A program made the position numbers and the translations under genes. A stretch of DNA of 64,000 nt from the human T2T-CHM13v2.0 reference genome, Homo sapiens, in the NCBI RefSeq assembly GCF_009914755.1, contig NC_060927.1; one strand, 5' to 3'. This document shows positions 1-24,847 of the stretch, in pieces; the stretch's first letter is position 1, and each line of letters starts with the position of its first letter. Below the pieces are notes generated by a model. The model saw only the letters and a program-made list of their open reading frames with translations, did not search any database and had not been told where the DNA came from.

Positions 1-660
1 GCCTGTAACTCGCAGCGCGCGCTGGAGGTGGGCGCGGGGCGGTGCGGTGCGGTGCGCGCGGGGCGGTGCCGCGGCGGCGGAGGGAGCCGCGATGGAGGGC
101 GCTCCGACTGTCCGTCAGGTAAGCGGGCCTCGCTGGGGCAGGTTCCCATCTGTGGCTTTAGCCTACTTTTTCTCACGGTGATTGCTTGAACCTTCTCAGA
201 TTACAGTTAATCCCTCCCTTCCCTTTTCTTCGTGCTCTTTGGAGTAATACGGAAAGTTGTTACCGAGGAAACGGTTTCCTGTGCCTCTGCGAGCCCTTTC
301 CCTACGGGCGGTGGTGGGGACATTTGCTTCCCTGTGGGCGTTGAGGGCTTGAATTTGGTCCCGAAATGTCCTGGTGCGGATGTCTCAGCCCCAGGCCCCC
401 TTGGGTCAGGCCCCATGGTCGTGATTCTGACCCACTGTCAACGTTTTTTCCAGCCTTGCCCCCTTCCTTTCATTCTCAGCCCTGTTGTAAAGGTCCGGAT
501 AGTTTAAATCACTGTGCTGTCAGCCAAGTTTTTGATTTCAACTAGTCTAGTTTTATTTGTTTACTACCTTATTTGACAAAACGGAAAGCGTGCTTATTAA
601 TATTCAGGATGAAACCCCGCTTTTGTTGGACGGGCGCCTGCGTTTCTGAACACCATCCTC
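1..660 (+). promoter_or_regulatory. GRAMD1C: CpG island / promoter-proximal 5'UTR and start of intron 1 of GRAMD1C
   Basis: Very high GC and CpG density at 1-135, GGGGCGG GC-boxes and (GCGGT)3; CpGs persist to about 640. ATG at 92 sits in a strong Kozak context (gccgcgATGG). Confidence 0.85.
92..118 (+). CDS. GRAMD1C: GRAMD1C coding exon 1 (MEGAPTVRQ)
   Basis: ATG at 92, 9 codons, donor CAG|GTAAGC at 119; matches the Aster-C N-terminus as I recall it. Confidence 0.95.
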
Positions 661-1063
661 CTTCTACATTGGTTTGTGTGTATGTATTTTACTTTTAGAG
701 AACTGCGGTCAGTGCTATATCTTCTGAAGAGCGTTATAGTTTACAGATTAGTGGAGGTACACAAATAATTGTTGAATGAACAGATGAATGAGTGTTATTT
801 CACTTGATTTGAAAAACATTACTATGAAATAGTCAAGCTGGATATTCATGAACCCAATCAGTCACTGATTCAGTTATGTCCCTGGCACTGGGTGTTCGGG
901 ATTAGATGGTGATTAACACAGACATGATCCCTGCTCTCAATAAGCTTATTGTCTAGACTAGAGATAAAATTATTTCCTCTATTGTAGAGTTAAGGAACAG
1001 ATGTACAGAGATTGACTTTGCTAAGGACCACACAGCTAATAAGTCAGAGAGACAGGAATCTAC

Positions 1064-1560
<497 letters not shown>

Positions 1561-1633
1561 TTTTTTCACCCTTGATGTTTGATGACTGACCTGCACCATT
1601 TGAATTTGAATTTGAATTTAAGTCAGCCATTGT

Positions 1634-1924
1634 GGCCCAGTGCAGTGGCTCATGCCTGTAATTCTAGCACTTTGGGAGGCCAAGGCAGAAAGAAGTATCG
1701 CTTGAGGACAGGAATTTGAGACCAGCCTGGGCAACAAAGCAAGACCCTGTATCTACCAAAATAAAAAAAAAAAAGAAAGAAAAATTAACTGGGCATGGTT
1801 GTGTGGCGCCTGTGGTCCTAGCTATTTGGGAGGCTGAGATAGGAAGATCACTTGAGCACAGGAGGTTGAGACTGCAGTGACCCCTGTTTGTGCCATTGCA
1901 CTCCAGCCTGGGTGACAGAGACCA
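1634..1924 (+). mobile_element. AluJ-like
   Basis: Diverged dimeric Alu; tail lost. Confidence 0.85.
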
Positions 1925-2328
1925 AATTATTTTCAGAAATTTAACCAAGGTGGTAGGCCTTACACTATGTGTGGCACAATAGCCCATCCTCCTTTTGTGA
2001 GCTCCTTTGTGAGTATGTCAAAAGACTGTCCTCAGGGGAGGATGTCATCAATGGAATGTTATACTTGTGCTCCTGGAGAAAATTTGATGCAGTTAAGATC
2101 TTTCCTGTAAAGGCTGTGTATGATGGCAAGACTGCGTACTCTATGGTTAGCCTGGTAAAGAGATGTTATGTCTCTCTGGAGGTGAAGACCAACTATGGCT
2201 GAGGAGGTGTTGAAAGAGACACTGAACAGAACATATTAGCCAAATCTATCACAGCAAAATATTTACTAGTTGTGGACTGGATAGTCAGTAATTTCAACAA
2301 TGTTGAGTATAGGGGCCTTCCTGGGTAA

Positions 2329-2776
<448 letters not shown>

Positions 2777-2888
2777 TGAAGTAGGTCTTACATAACAAGT
2801 TTTAGTCCTTGAAGGCCCTGTTTTGTTTTATATTGGGTTGTATAATTTTAACTGGGCATTGAGAGTGGTGGTCCATAGGGTCTCACTG

Positions 2889-3184
2889 TTTTGTTTATTT
2901 TGAGACAGAGTCTTGCTCTGTCACCTGGGCTGAAGCACAATGGTGCAATCACAACTTACTGTGATCTCCAACTCTTGGACTCTGGCAGTCCTCCCACCTC
3001 AGCCTCCCAAGTAGCTAGGACTACATGTGTGTACCACTATGCCAGGCTAATCTTTAAATTTTTGTAGAGAGGGGGCCTTGCTATATTGCCCAGCTTGTTC
3101 TCCATACTCTTGGCCTGAAGTGATCCTCCTGCCTCAGTCTCCCAAAATGTTGGGATTATACGTGTGAGCCAACATACCCAGCCT
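2889..3184 (-). mobile_element. AluJ
   Basis: Diverged Alu body. Confidence 0.85.
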
Positions 3185-3866
3185 GTTGTCCCACTTCTTT
3201 GAAAGCCAATTTGTAAGCTCTAAAGACTTGATTTAAATTTAGTTTATTACTAATTGTGTCAGAGTGTCCATGGCCACAATAGGATATTTCAGGGCAATGT
3301 ATACCACCATCGTGGAGTATTTAGGCAAAGGTATAGTTCTGATGGTTAAAGTGAGGCATACCTATTTGTTGTCTATTTTATGTTGAATAACTCCTAAGAT
3401 TGTAGGGGATACCTTGTTTAAATTTAGTGGGAACTCTAGGTATAACTGTAATTTGAGACCCAATATTGATTAAAGCCATGAAGATTTGCCAATTGCCGCA
3501 TTTTAGCTGATGTTGAAGTTAACTTAGAACCTATGTTGTAGAGGCACAAAAGCCAGTCTTTTATCTTTTATCCTGTAAATTATTTTAAATTCTGTATGTT
3601 TTGTTAGATCAGTTTATGGACTTCAGTTTCAGTTTTTTTTGTTTGTTTTTGTTTTGCTGTTGTATGTTTCCTCCCCTTCTATCCAGGTTTGTTGGTTTCT
3701 CCCTCTCTTTTTGGAGGTTACTGGATATACTTCAGGTGGAGGAGGTCTTCTCTACCCTCTCATGTTTACAAATTTCTTTCTCTAGAGAGCCTCAAATCAG
3801 TATCATTGTGATTAGAGGCTTCCCCCATGGCAATGGTTATTTATAGGGTTTAAGAACCTCAAGTTT

Positions 3867-4174
<308 letters not shown>

Positions 4175-4235
4175 TCAAGCTTAAGTGGAGCAGCAGCAGC
4201 AGAGATATTTAAGGATCCTGGTCCACCATAAGCTG

Positions 4236-4945
<710 letters not shown>

Positions 4946-5279
4946 ACATCTTATTTGTTTGTTTAAACTCCATTGTTTGTATAAATCAGAGCTTATTTAC
5001 TAATTTCTCTATTGATGGACGGTGAGGTTATTTCCACTTTCATAGTATTAACAAACATTCTTGACTCTATGTGTATATTAAATTGCTGCATTGCAGTATA
5101 TGTCTATCTTCTTTCCTACTGGGCATTGCAAATTGTTCTCCAAAATAGTTGTACAAACGGACACTCCCATTAAATTGTATTTTTATTATTTATTGTTCCT
5201 CTAGCAGACTGTGCACTTCTGGAGATGGAGGACTTTGTTTTATTCATCTTTGCATCCCTAGTGCCAACCAAACTACCTA

Positions 5280-5520
<241 letters not shown>

Positions 5521-5687
5521 ATATAACTAGATGAACTATTGAAGCAAAAACGTATTTATTACTGTCTTCTAAACATTTAAATATTGCCCTTTTAAAATTA
5601 ATGTATATGTTGTGAACATTAACTTTTTTCTTTTTAAAATGGCCATTTCTCAATAAATAATTGACTTAGTTTGATATTTGTTTCCAG

Positions 5688-5834
5688 GTGATGAATGAAG
5701 GGGATTCAAGCCTTGCCACCGACTTACAGGAAGATGTAGAGGAAAATCCTAGTCCAACTGTGGAAGAGAATAATGTGGTAGTTAAAAAACAGGGGCCAAA
5801 TTTACATAATTGGAGTGGTGACTGGAGCTTTTGG
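5688..5834 (+). CDS. GRAMD1C: GRAMD1C exon 2 (VMNEGDSSLATDLQEDVEENPSPTVEENNVVVKKQGPNLHNWSGDWSFW)
   Basis: Acceptor tttgtttccag|GTG, 147 nt open, donor TGG|gtaatt; phase 0-0, in frame with exon 1. Confidence 0.95.
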
Positions 5835-6594
5835 GTAATTTCTTTTTTTACGTCTTTATTTTAATCTTGAATACAAATTTTCTTTAAATCTGCAAGGAGT
5901 CATATAGTATTTGTAAAATTTCCTTCTTAGCTTCTAGATTTTAGATGTTTCAATTTTAGTCCAGAGTCCCAAAGACATTTCTGATTATTCTCTCCTTTGA
6001 CCACTAGAATGCACTGTTGTCTGGTTCGATGAAATGGAATTAATCTGCTTCAGTTTCCTTGTGTGAAAACTACACCACAGAAGTGGATTCCACTTACACT
6101 GTAGCTCACTGTATTGTCAAGAGACTAATGTTATATAGAAACCATATTTCTGAATGTTACTGAGAAGCCAGCTATTTTATATAATTTTGATTTAAAAAAT
6201 TCATTCCTGTACGTAAAGGAAGTTTAGCAGTGTTCAACCTATAGTGTATAATGACTATAAGATGGTTTTAAAGTTAGAAGCTACATATTCTGTTTCCATT
6301 GTGTTCATTCGGTTGTGTAATCTGGATGTGCTTCAGGTTTCCCCACTGGAAAATGAGACTACTGCTTGTTGATTAGGCACATTAAGATCTTAGAGTCTTT
6401 TTGGAAGAAAAACACTTCTGTATGTTACAAATGCTAACATTTATTATATTAAAGGACTCATTCTAAATCTAGCAATTCCTGTGAGAGTTATGAACCATTT
6501 GATAGAATCTGGTGTGATACAACTATAAGTGAAAATTATGTAGGATGGTAAGGCATGTATAGTTCCAATTAGTTCATTAGAAAGCTGATCTCTT

Positions 6595-6918
6595 GGCTGG
6601 GCACGATAGCTCACGCCTGTAATCCCAGCGTTTTGGGAGGCTGAGGTGGGCAGATTGCTTGAGCCCAGGAGTTTGAGACCAGCCTGGGTAACATGGCAAA
6701 ACCCAGTCTCTACAAACAAACAAACAAACAAAAATTAGCCAGGCGTGGTGGCACATGCCTACAGGCTACATCCCAGCTACTCAGGAGGCTGAGGTGGGAG
6801 GATCACCTGAGCCTGGGAAGTTGAGGCTGCATTGAGCCATGATCGTGCCACTGCCCTCCAGCCTGGGTAACAGAGAGAGACCCTGTCTCAAAAAAATAAA
6901 AATAAAAATAAAAATAAA
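6595..6918 (+). mobile_element. AluJb-like
   Basis: Dimeric Alu with (AAAAAT)n tail. Confidence 0.88.
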
Positions 6919-7281
6919 TCTCATCTTTTGAGGATTAGGTATCCTTGGTAGCAGATTTTCTTGTAATTTTAGAGTAGGCTAAAAAAAGATTCATTAACAG
7001 GTTATAAAGATTAGTACAAGTACCATCATTCTGTTCATAATTAGCAGTTCAGTTCATTGGAATCTTAACAGTTATTGAATCTTAACGTGACTAAAACGTT
7101 TGATTTCCTATTAAGAAACGTGACATTATAAGTTTTTTTGAAATATTTTCTAAGGAAAATATTTAATTGCTAAGAAATATACAAAAATAACAATACATCC
7201 TAAAAATAATGTCATGTCTATTGACTATATTATTTTTGGTCATATTTAGAAAAGGTTTATGACAATATTGTAGTATTATGA

Positions 7282-7596
<315 letters not shown>

Positions 7597-7789
7597 TGAT
7601 TTTTTTTTCTAGCTTATGTTTTAGATTGGGGAACCTTCATACTCTTAGGGACTATCTACAGGGCTAAGTAGTTACTGTGGTTACTATTGACAGACTTAAA
7701 GCAAGAAAAATGGTAATGCAAGAAAAGGAAAAAGCAAAGGAAGGAGATAATTTAGAAATAGGAGAGAAAAAAAGAGGGATGTGTTCTAG

Positions 7790-7950
7790 ATCCTTGCTAC
7801 TAAAGGTGTAGTATGGGGGCCAGCAGATTTGGCATCATCTGCTGGCAATGCAGAATCTTGGGCCCAACCTCAGACTTACTGGATCACAATCTTCATTTTT
7901 CACAAGATTTTTAGGTGATTTACATTTAAATTAAAGTTTGAGAAGCACTG
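7790..7950. mobile_element. MER5A-like hAT MITE
   Basis: aatgcagaatcttgggcccaacctcagacttactggatca...taaagtttgagaagcactg matches the MER5A pattern. Confidence 0.7.
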
Positions 7951-8885
7951 ATTTAGAGTGTCAGAGGTTTACTTTGGCTCAGTTTGGGCCCCTAAGCTGA
8001 TTGCAAACACTTCATTTTAAGGACATTGTATATGAATTCATATAGAATAGACCTAAAGAGAAGTACAGTATCTCATAAGTTTTACAGACTTTTCTACAGG
8101 TCAGTTACCCAGACACCAGAACTGTCAACAACTCAGAAGCAAACAAAAACAAAAAAAAGACCCCATATAGCTAAATCAGAGTTCATGCTGATATAGCTGG
8201 TAATAGGAGAGATCCTCAAATCTTCATTTGGTGTTTCTTTATTTTTTGCTATATTTTTTATAAGCTTAAATAAACTGAATAGGATATTGAAGGTAGGGAA
8301 ATTAGTTGATAATAACACATAGAGATACCAGCAAGAAATGATAGCAGAAACTCAAAAAAAGTGAAGAAACCCAGACCTTTGTTTTTATATTTTTTAATTT
8401 TTTTACTGATATCTCTTATTCTCTTTCATCATTCAAGTTTGTTCAAAACATTACAAGAGACATGAAAGGAAAAATAATTGCATTTTTAAAACTCAGTCTG
8501 TCCAAAATATAACATATGAAACCATGCTATTATATCTTAGGAAATAACAACATTCAAAGTTAATTTGATATCAAAGTTCAAGATGAAGACTAACCTCAAA
8601 GTATGGCATGTGCAATGAAACCTGGACCTTTTAATGTGGAGGCCAAAGGTCTGTGCAGCTAAATTGGCTCTAAATAGTACTGTAGTTGGTAGAAATGGTG
8701 TTTTAAAAGTCTGGAAAATAAATAATTCATTTTTTCTCTGCCATTTAAAATCCATCAACATCTACCACAACTCTAGCATGTTGCTGTTGTTTTCTTCATT
8801 CTCCCCCAAATAAAGTAGGTATTGAAGAAAAACAAATATGATGGGGAATTCACTGAGGGGTCTAAAATTAACACAAGGAAGACAA

Positions 8886-9030
8886 GCCAGGCATTGTAGC
8901 ACATGCCTGTAGTCCCAGGGGCTCAGGAGGCCTGAGAAAGGGGATCACTCGAGCCCAGGAGTTTGAATCCAGCCTAGGCAATATAGTGAGATCCCATCTC
9001 TAAAACAAACAAATGAAAATAAAACAAAAC
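8886..9030 (+). mobile_element. FLAM monomer with TSD ACACAAGGAAGACAAG
   Basis: Monomeric Alu flanked by a 16-nt direct repeat. Confidence 0.8.
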
Positions 9031-9694
9031 ACAAGGAAGACAAGTAGCATAACAGGAATGTATTCATAAGGCACATGACCTGGTATGTAAGCAAATAATT
9101 AGGGATGTCAGAGCCATTTCACTGGAATACCCAAGGAACCTAGAGTTGTGCTTTTTCACTTTAGAGAGGTTTCTAGCAAAAGAATGGATAACTTTAAAAA
9201 GTATTGGTATTTACAGAGTTAAGCTACAGGGATCTGGGAAGTTCACTAATGTAGAATAATTCATATGTTCTAGCCTGGCTAAATCAGTTGTTCCACAGTA
9301 GTGAATTTAGAGGGCAGCATGATATAATTGAACACATTGGAGACTGCGAACAAAATATCTGGAATAGAGTCTCTGCTCTGCATCTGGTGATTTCAGGGTG
9401 TGGTCATCTTGAGTATGTTGCATAACCTGTCTCACCTCAGTTACCTCACCTATAAAATTAGAGATTGGGTCATGGTATTACAACACTGGTCTGTCTTGAA
9501 TCAGTAGTAACCTCATGCTGTTTAACAGATTGGCTAATAAGTGCCTTTCTGACAGTAAGACTAATTTAAATAATAAGAATTAACTCTCTATGGCTGTTGA
9601 TAGTGAGCAATGGCTTAAGATTTTCAGATTTTCTATTTCAATTCTATAGTTTAAAGATAGGAATCTTAGTTGTTGTATTTGTTTTTTTTTTTTA

Positions 9695-10013
<319 letters not shown>

Positions 10014-10457
10014 TTTAATTCTGTATGTGAGAAATGAGTTTTATTATTACCTTTTAAACCCTAATTAAACAATAAAAATTATGTGAAATGATGAAATGAA
10101 ATTTAAAATAATGGCAAATATTTATGCTTTTGCCCATTAACTTAGTAAAAAAATATATAGCAAAATGTAAAACAAACAAACAAACAACCAAAAAACTCTT
10201 AAAACAAAAGACTTACTTTCTTCTTGGCTAGAGTAATAGTATATTCCATGTGGATTAAGATCCCAGAGGCAAGGCAGACAAAGATCTGCAACATATGCAT
10301 TTATTTAGTGCAAATTCTTTTAGCGATATAGAGTAAGCAACTATTGGGAGTAGAAAATAGCCTTTGAGATTGTTCATTGTGTGTGTTCAGAAGATGACAT
10401 ACTTACCTGGGATTTTTTAATAGAAGTAATAGTGCTTTGGATAAGCTAGTTAATATT

Positions 10458-10500
<43 letters not shown>

Positions 10501-11294
10501 TTTTTTATTGATCATTCTTGGGTGTTTCTCGCAGAGGGGGATTTGGCAGGGTCATAGGACAATAGTGGAGGGAAGCTCAGCAGATAAACAAGTGAACAAA
10601 GGTCTCTGGTTTTCCTAGGCAGAGGACCCTGCAGCCTTCCGCAGTGTTTGTGTCCCTGGGTACTTGAGATTAGGGAGTGGTGATGACTCTTAACGAGCAT
10701 GCTGCCTTCAAGCATCTGTTTAACAAAGCACATCTTGCACCGCCCTTAATCCATTCAACCCTGAGTGGACACAGCACATGTTTCAGAGAGCACAGGGTTG
10801 GGGGTAAGGTCACAGATCAACAGGATCCCAAGGCAGAAGAATTTTTCTTAGTACAGAACAAAATGAAGTCTCCCATGTATACTTCTTTCTACACAGACAG
10901 GGCAACCATCCGATTTCTCAATCTTTTCCCCACCTTTCCCCCCTTTCTATTCCACAAAACCGCCATTGTCATGATGGCCCGTTCTCAATGAGCTGTTGGG
11001 TACACCTCCCAGACGGGGTGGTGGCCTGGCAGAGGGGCTCCTCACTTCCCAGTAGGGGCGGCCGGGCAGAGGCGCCCCTCACCTCCCGGACGGGGCGGCT
11101 GGCCAGGCGGGGGGGCTGACCCCCCCACCTCCCTCCCGGACGGGGCGGCTGACCGGGCGGGGGGCTGACCCCCCCACCTCCCTCCCAGACGGGGTGGCTG
11201 GCCGGGCGGGGGGCTGACCCCCCACCTCCCTCCCGGACGGGGCGGCTGGCCGGACGGGGGGCTGAACCCCCAACTCCCTCCCTAGAGCCCCTCC
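10458..11294 (-). mobile_element. SVA retrotransposon, 5'-truncated within the VNTR (SINE-R + VNTR + tail)
   Basis: (TTTA)n tail to about 10507, SINE-R (gatcattcttgggtgtttctcgcagagggggatttggcagggtcatagg...), GC-rich VNTR units ccctcccggacggggcggctggcc, and a perfect 14-bp TSD AGCTAGTTAATATT at 10444-10457 and 11295-11308. Confidence 0.96.
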
Positions 11295-11375
11295 AGCTAG
11301 TTAATATTAAATATTCTTTTGTGCTTTGATAATTCATTAAGATCTTTAAAAATATTTGTCAATTGTATATACTTA

Positions 11376-12293
<918 letters not shown>

Positions 12294-12701
12294 TATACTT
12301 CTTTAATAGCAGATTTAGCTAATCATTGTATTTTTAAACTGGAGGGATTTGTAAAGTTTTCTGAAATGCGTAACTAAAATTAAGTTTACTCAGGGGTCCT
12401 TTGTGTGTTCCTCTTTGAATAATTGTTTATTTGAAAATCTTGAAAACTATGCATAAAGAAGATAGGAGATCTCAGATTCCTCAGGTCTTTGATTTAGGAA
12501 GGGAAATAGAAAAAAAGATGGAGTAGGAGAATTTTAAAAAAGATTAGAGTTCGAATTGATTTTTTAAAATTTTTTTGTTTTAAAACGTTTTAAGAATAAA
12601 CAGATTTTCAACCATTATCTACATATATGCAAATAATAACTAGTATACTTAGGTTTTAATAGAAAATATTTATATTTGAATTTTTCTAGATAATAGTCAA
12701 G

Positions 12702-13265
<564 letters not shown>

Positions 13266-13629
13266 TAACAGGTAAATTTTTCTACTGAGAAGTGGGGAAT
13301 AAAACTGATTTTTTTTTGCCACAAATCTGTTTTATACATACATAGTAAGGATTAATTAATGTTGTACTATTAAAAAAATCCCAAGAGGATTAATTAGTAT
13401 GTTTGTAACATACTTTGGCAACTGGGGAGAATAGGTTTCCTGTAATCATGTTGTCCTCCACAACAACATGTCTTGGATTTATTCAAGCTTATAAAGGATA
13501 TTTCAGATTTTTACTTTGGTGACTGATAAAAAAGAATAAACTCATTTTCTAATTTATGTTGGATTAAAAAAACATTTTATCCAATTTGAAAAATTTTAAG
13601 TATAGTTAGATACTGCTCGATAAACCTAG

Positions 13630-14770
13630 ATATCTTTTAACAGTTTTAGGAATAAAAACCAACACTTCTGGCAATACAAGAAGGGGACGATTTAAATGCT
13701 CTTCTGCTAAGGGTACCTAGCAATGCTGGATGAAATGTTTCAAACTTTTTTTTAATAATGAATGTCTTGGCTCACAAAACAGCGAGGGAAATATACCTAA
13801 GGGGTTAAAAAAAAAGAAAAAAGAGGGAACTGATTACCAGAGTTGTAAGCCCATAAGCTAATGCCGAGGTACCCGTGAGGAATTTGCTCAGCTTTAATGG
13901 CTATGCTGTGATAGGAGATAGGAGATAGCACCTTGAACTTGTATGAGCTGGAACTGAAAACTCTTTATAAAGCCTGACTCCCATACCCTCTGTGAAATAC
14001 AGATGAAAAAAATCCACTACATCCACAGGTTGAAGACAAGGAAACTTGTCTGTCTAAGCCAGGGCTTAGGGTGGGAGTGGGGGTAGTTTCTCCTGAGAAT
14101 ATGTAACTATAATCCATCTCTAACTGTAGTCCATCTCTCATGAAGTTTTGGGGCTTGGATTTAGTACTCTATAAGTGAGCAGAAAGAGATTCAATAAATA
14201 GTGTATTTGATGCTCCAAAACTTCAGATAATAAAACTATTATACCAAATAAAGACTACGAAAGTCATATGATATTGTAAGGACAATAGAAGGAATTAAAA
14301 GTAGTATAAATGGATAGGAAATTCTCAAGAACACCAGGCAGATTTGAAAAAATAATCAAATACAACTTCTAGAAATGAAAAATATGGTCACTGAAATAAT
14401 CGTAATTAAAGAATGCAGTGGGCTTGGGAAATGGCAACTAAAGAGAGATCAGTAAAGTGAAAGATATATACGTATTAGGAAATTCCTCAAATTATATCAC
14501 TGAGAGATAAAGAGAGAAAGTATGAAAGAGAGCAGTTTAAGATGTAAAGGAAATAGTAGAGAAGTCCGTTATGAATCTAATAGCAGTTTCAGAAGATGAA
14601 TACAGAGAATGAGCAAGAGGCAATATTCAAAGAGAATGTGCATGAAAGATTTTCACTCAAGTTGAAGGGCTTCATAATCAGGAATTGCAGTGAGCTGCTC
14701 ACAGGATAAATTAAGGAGTATGTGAGCAGAGACATTATGATCTTAAAAGTGGCAATGGTAGATATACATG
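13630..14770 (+). mobile_element. Old L1 5'/ORF1-region remnant
   Basis: A-rich sequence with L1 ORF1-like phrases (caacttctagaaatgaaaaata, gagcaagaggcaatattcaaagag). Confidence 0.55.
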
Positions 14771-14789
14771 AATTAAGAAAGGAATGGTC

Positions 14790-15790
14790 TTATTTATTCA
14801 TTTATTAGAGTGTCTTCTATGCACGAGAATGTTCTAAGTGAACAGGACAGCCTCTCTACCACCCTGGATCTGACAACAGAATGGGAGCCGGACAGCATAT
14901 AACTAAACAAACATGTACTATGTCAGGTAGTGATAGAAGCTATGAAGACAACAAAAGAATGTAAAGGTGTAGAGAATAGCATGGGAGGGAGTAGCATTTT
15001 TAGTTAGGATGGTCAGGAATAGCTTCTCTGAGGAAGTGCCATTAGAGAGAGGCTTAAATGATGGGGGCGGGTGAGAGAAGGAGAACACCAGTGAATCCTG
15101 GAAGGGAAGGGAAAGCGCAGGGTGTTCTATGGAAAGGCTCTGAGGCTGGAATGAGATTGGCTTGCTTGACAAATAGCCTGCTGAAGGGATTGATGTGGTG
15201 AGTGAGGGAACAAGAAAGATCAGGGATAATTATTCCTAGGTTTCTGGTCAGTGCAACTGGGTACATGGAAGTGCCATTTAGGGGAAGAAAAGACTGAGGG
15301 AGAAGTGGGTTCTGGCATGTGGGGAAATCAAGAGTTTTTTTTTTTGTAACTGAGTTGGCGATGCATGTTTGATATATGGATAGAAAGGTCAGGTGGGCTA
15401 TTGAATATACTACCGAATCTTCGGGGAGAGATTGGAGCCAGAAGTAAATTGAGAAGTTTTGAGCAGGCATGATACTTAAAGACAGACTTATGAAGACTGG
15501 ATCAGATCACTTAGGGAGAAAATATGGATAGAGAAGAGAAGCGGACTCTCCAATGTTCAAAACTTCAGGTGGTGGAGCAGAAAGTGGCAAAAAAGCCTGA
15601 GATTTGGTTAGGAGATAGAAGAAAATCTTAAAAAGCGTGGTGTCCTCAAAGGCAAGTGAAGGAAGCCTTTCAAGGACAATGATCTACTGCGTTAGGTTGA
15701 GTTAGGTGCAACCTGAGAGTTGGGCATTGGATTTGCAAGATGGGGGTTGTTAAGGTCATTAAAAGTACAACTTAAGGGCAAAAACCTGAC
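14790..15790 (-). mobile_element. L2 fragment
   Basis: Typical antisense L2 phrases (ttattcatttattagagtg, ggtcaggaatagcttctctgaggaagtgccatt, gcaactgggtacatggaagtgccatt). Confidence 0.7.
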
Positions 15791-16187
15791 TAAAGTGCCA
15801 GCTTTTGGACTGTTGTCCTAATCTTCCTTTGTAAAATTTGACTTATGGTTGTTTAAAGAAGGGCCAAAGGAAGAAAACTCATGTTTCATTAAAAACGTAT
15901 ATACTTCTTTAAAGATCACCATATCAACATGAAAAAAACCTTTTTGGGGAAAAACATAACTATTAAGAAATTGCTTTACCAATAAATTAACATATTTAAT
16001 AAATGACATAGAGAATATGGAAATTAACTAGAATGGTGATATGTTACTGGGATATTTAATAAGGCTTCAACCTAAGTATAGCCCTTTGATTATCTAGGGC
16101 AATGAGATATTTAAACAGCACATAAAAACAAATCTAAGATAATACAAAATTTCTAGCTGTACCTGCCTTTCCAAAAAACCTTTATTA

Positions 16188-16940
<753 letters not shown>

Positions 16941-16996
16941 TTAATTGCATTATTTCTCTGGAGAAGATGTTAGTAAGTAAAATGGCCTAAAGGTAA

Positions 16997-20720
<3,724 letters not shown>

Positions 20721-20809
20721 CAGTTGATGTTATTAGGTTTTAATATGCATTTGAAATACCTTAGAGAACCTAGATTAACTAGGCATGTTTCCACAAAATA
20801 CATGTTACT

Positions 20810-24845
<4,036 letters not shown>

Positions 24846-24847
24846 AA

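Noticed and set aside
207-507. Small ORFs just inside intron 1
   Set aside because: No recognisable homology or splice support; expected in GC-rich CpG-island sequence.
10399-10410. U1 snRNA gene or pseudogene
   Set aside because: Match limited to the first 12 nt; kept only as an antisense donor-site observation.
11000-11282. Repeat array superficially resembling CRISPR
   Set aside because: GC-rich SVA VNTR with no unique spacers, in eukaryotic DNA with no cas genes.
10512-11337. Several ORFs including a Pro/Gly/Arg-repeat protein
   Set aside because: Reading frames through the SVA SINE-R and VNTR.
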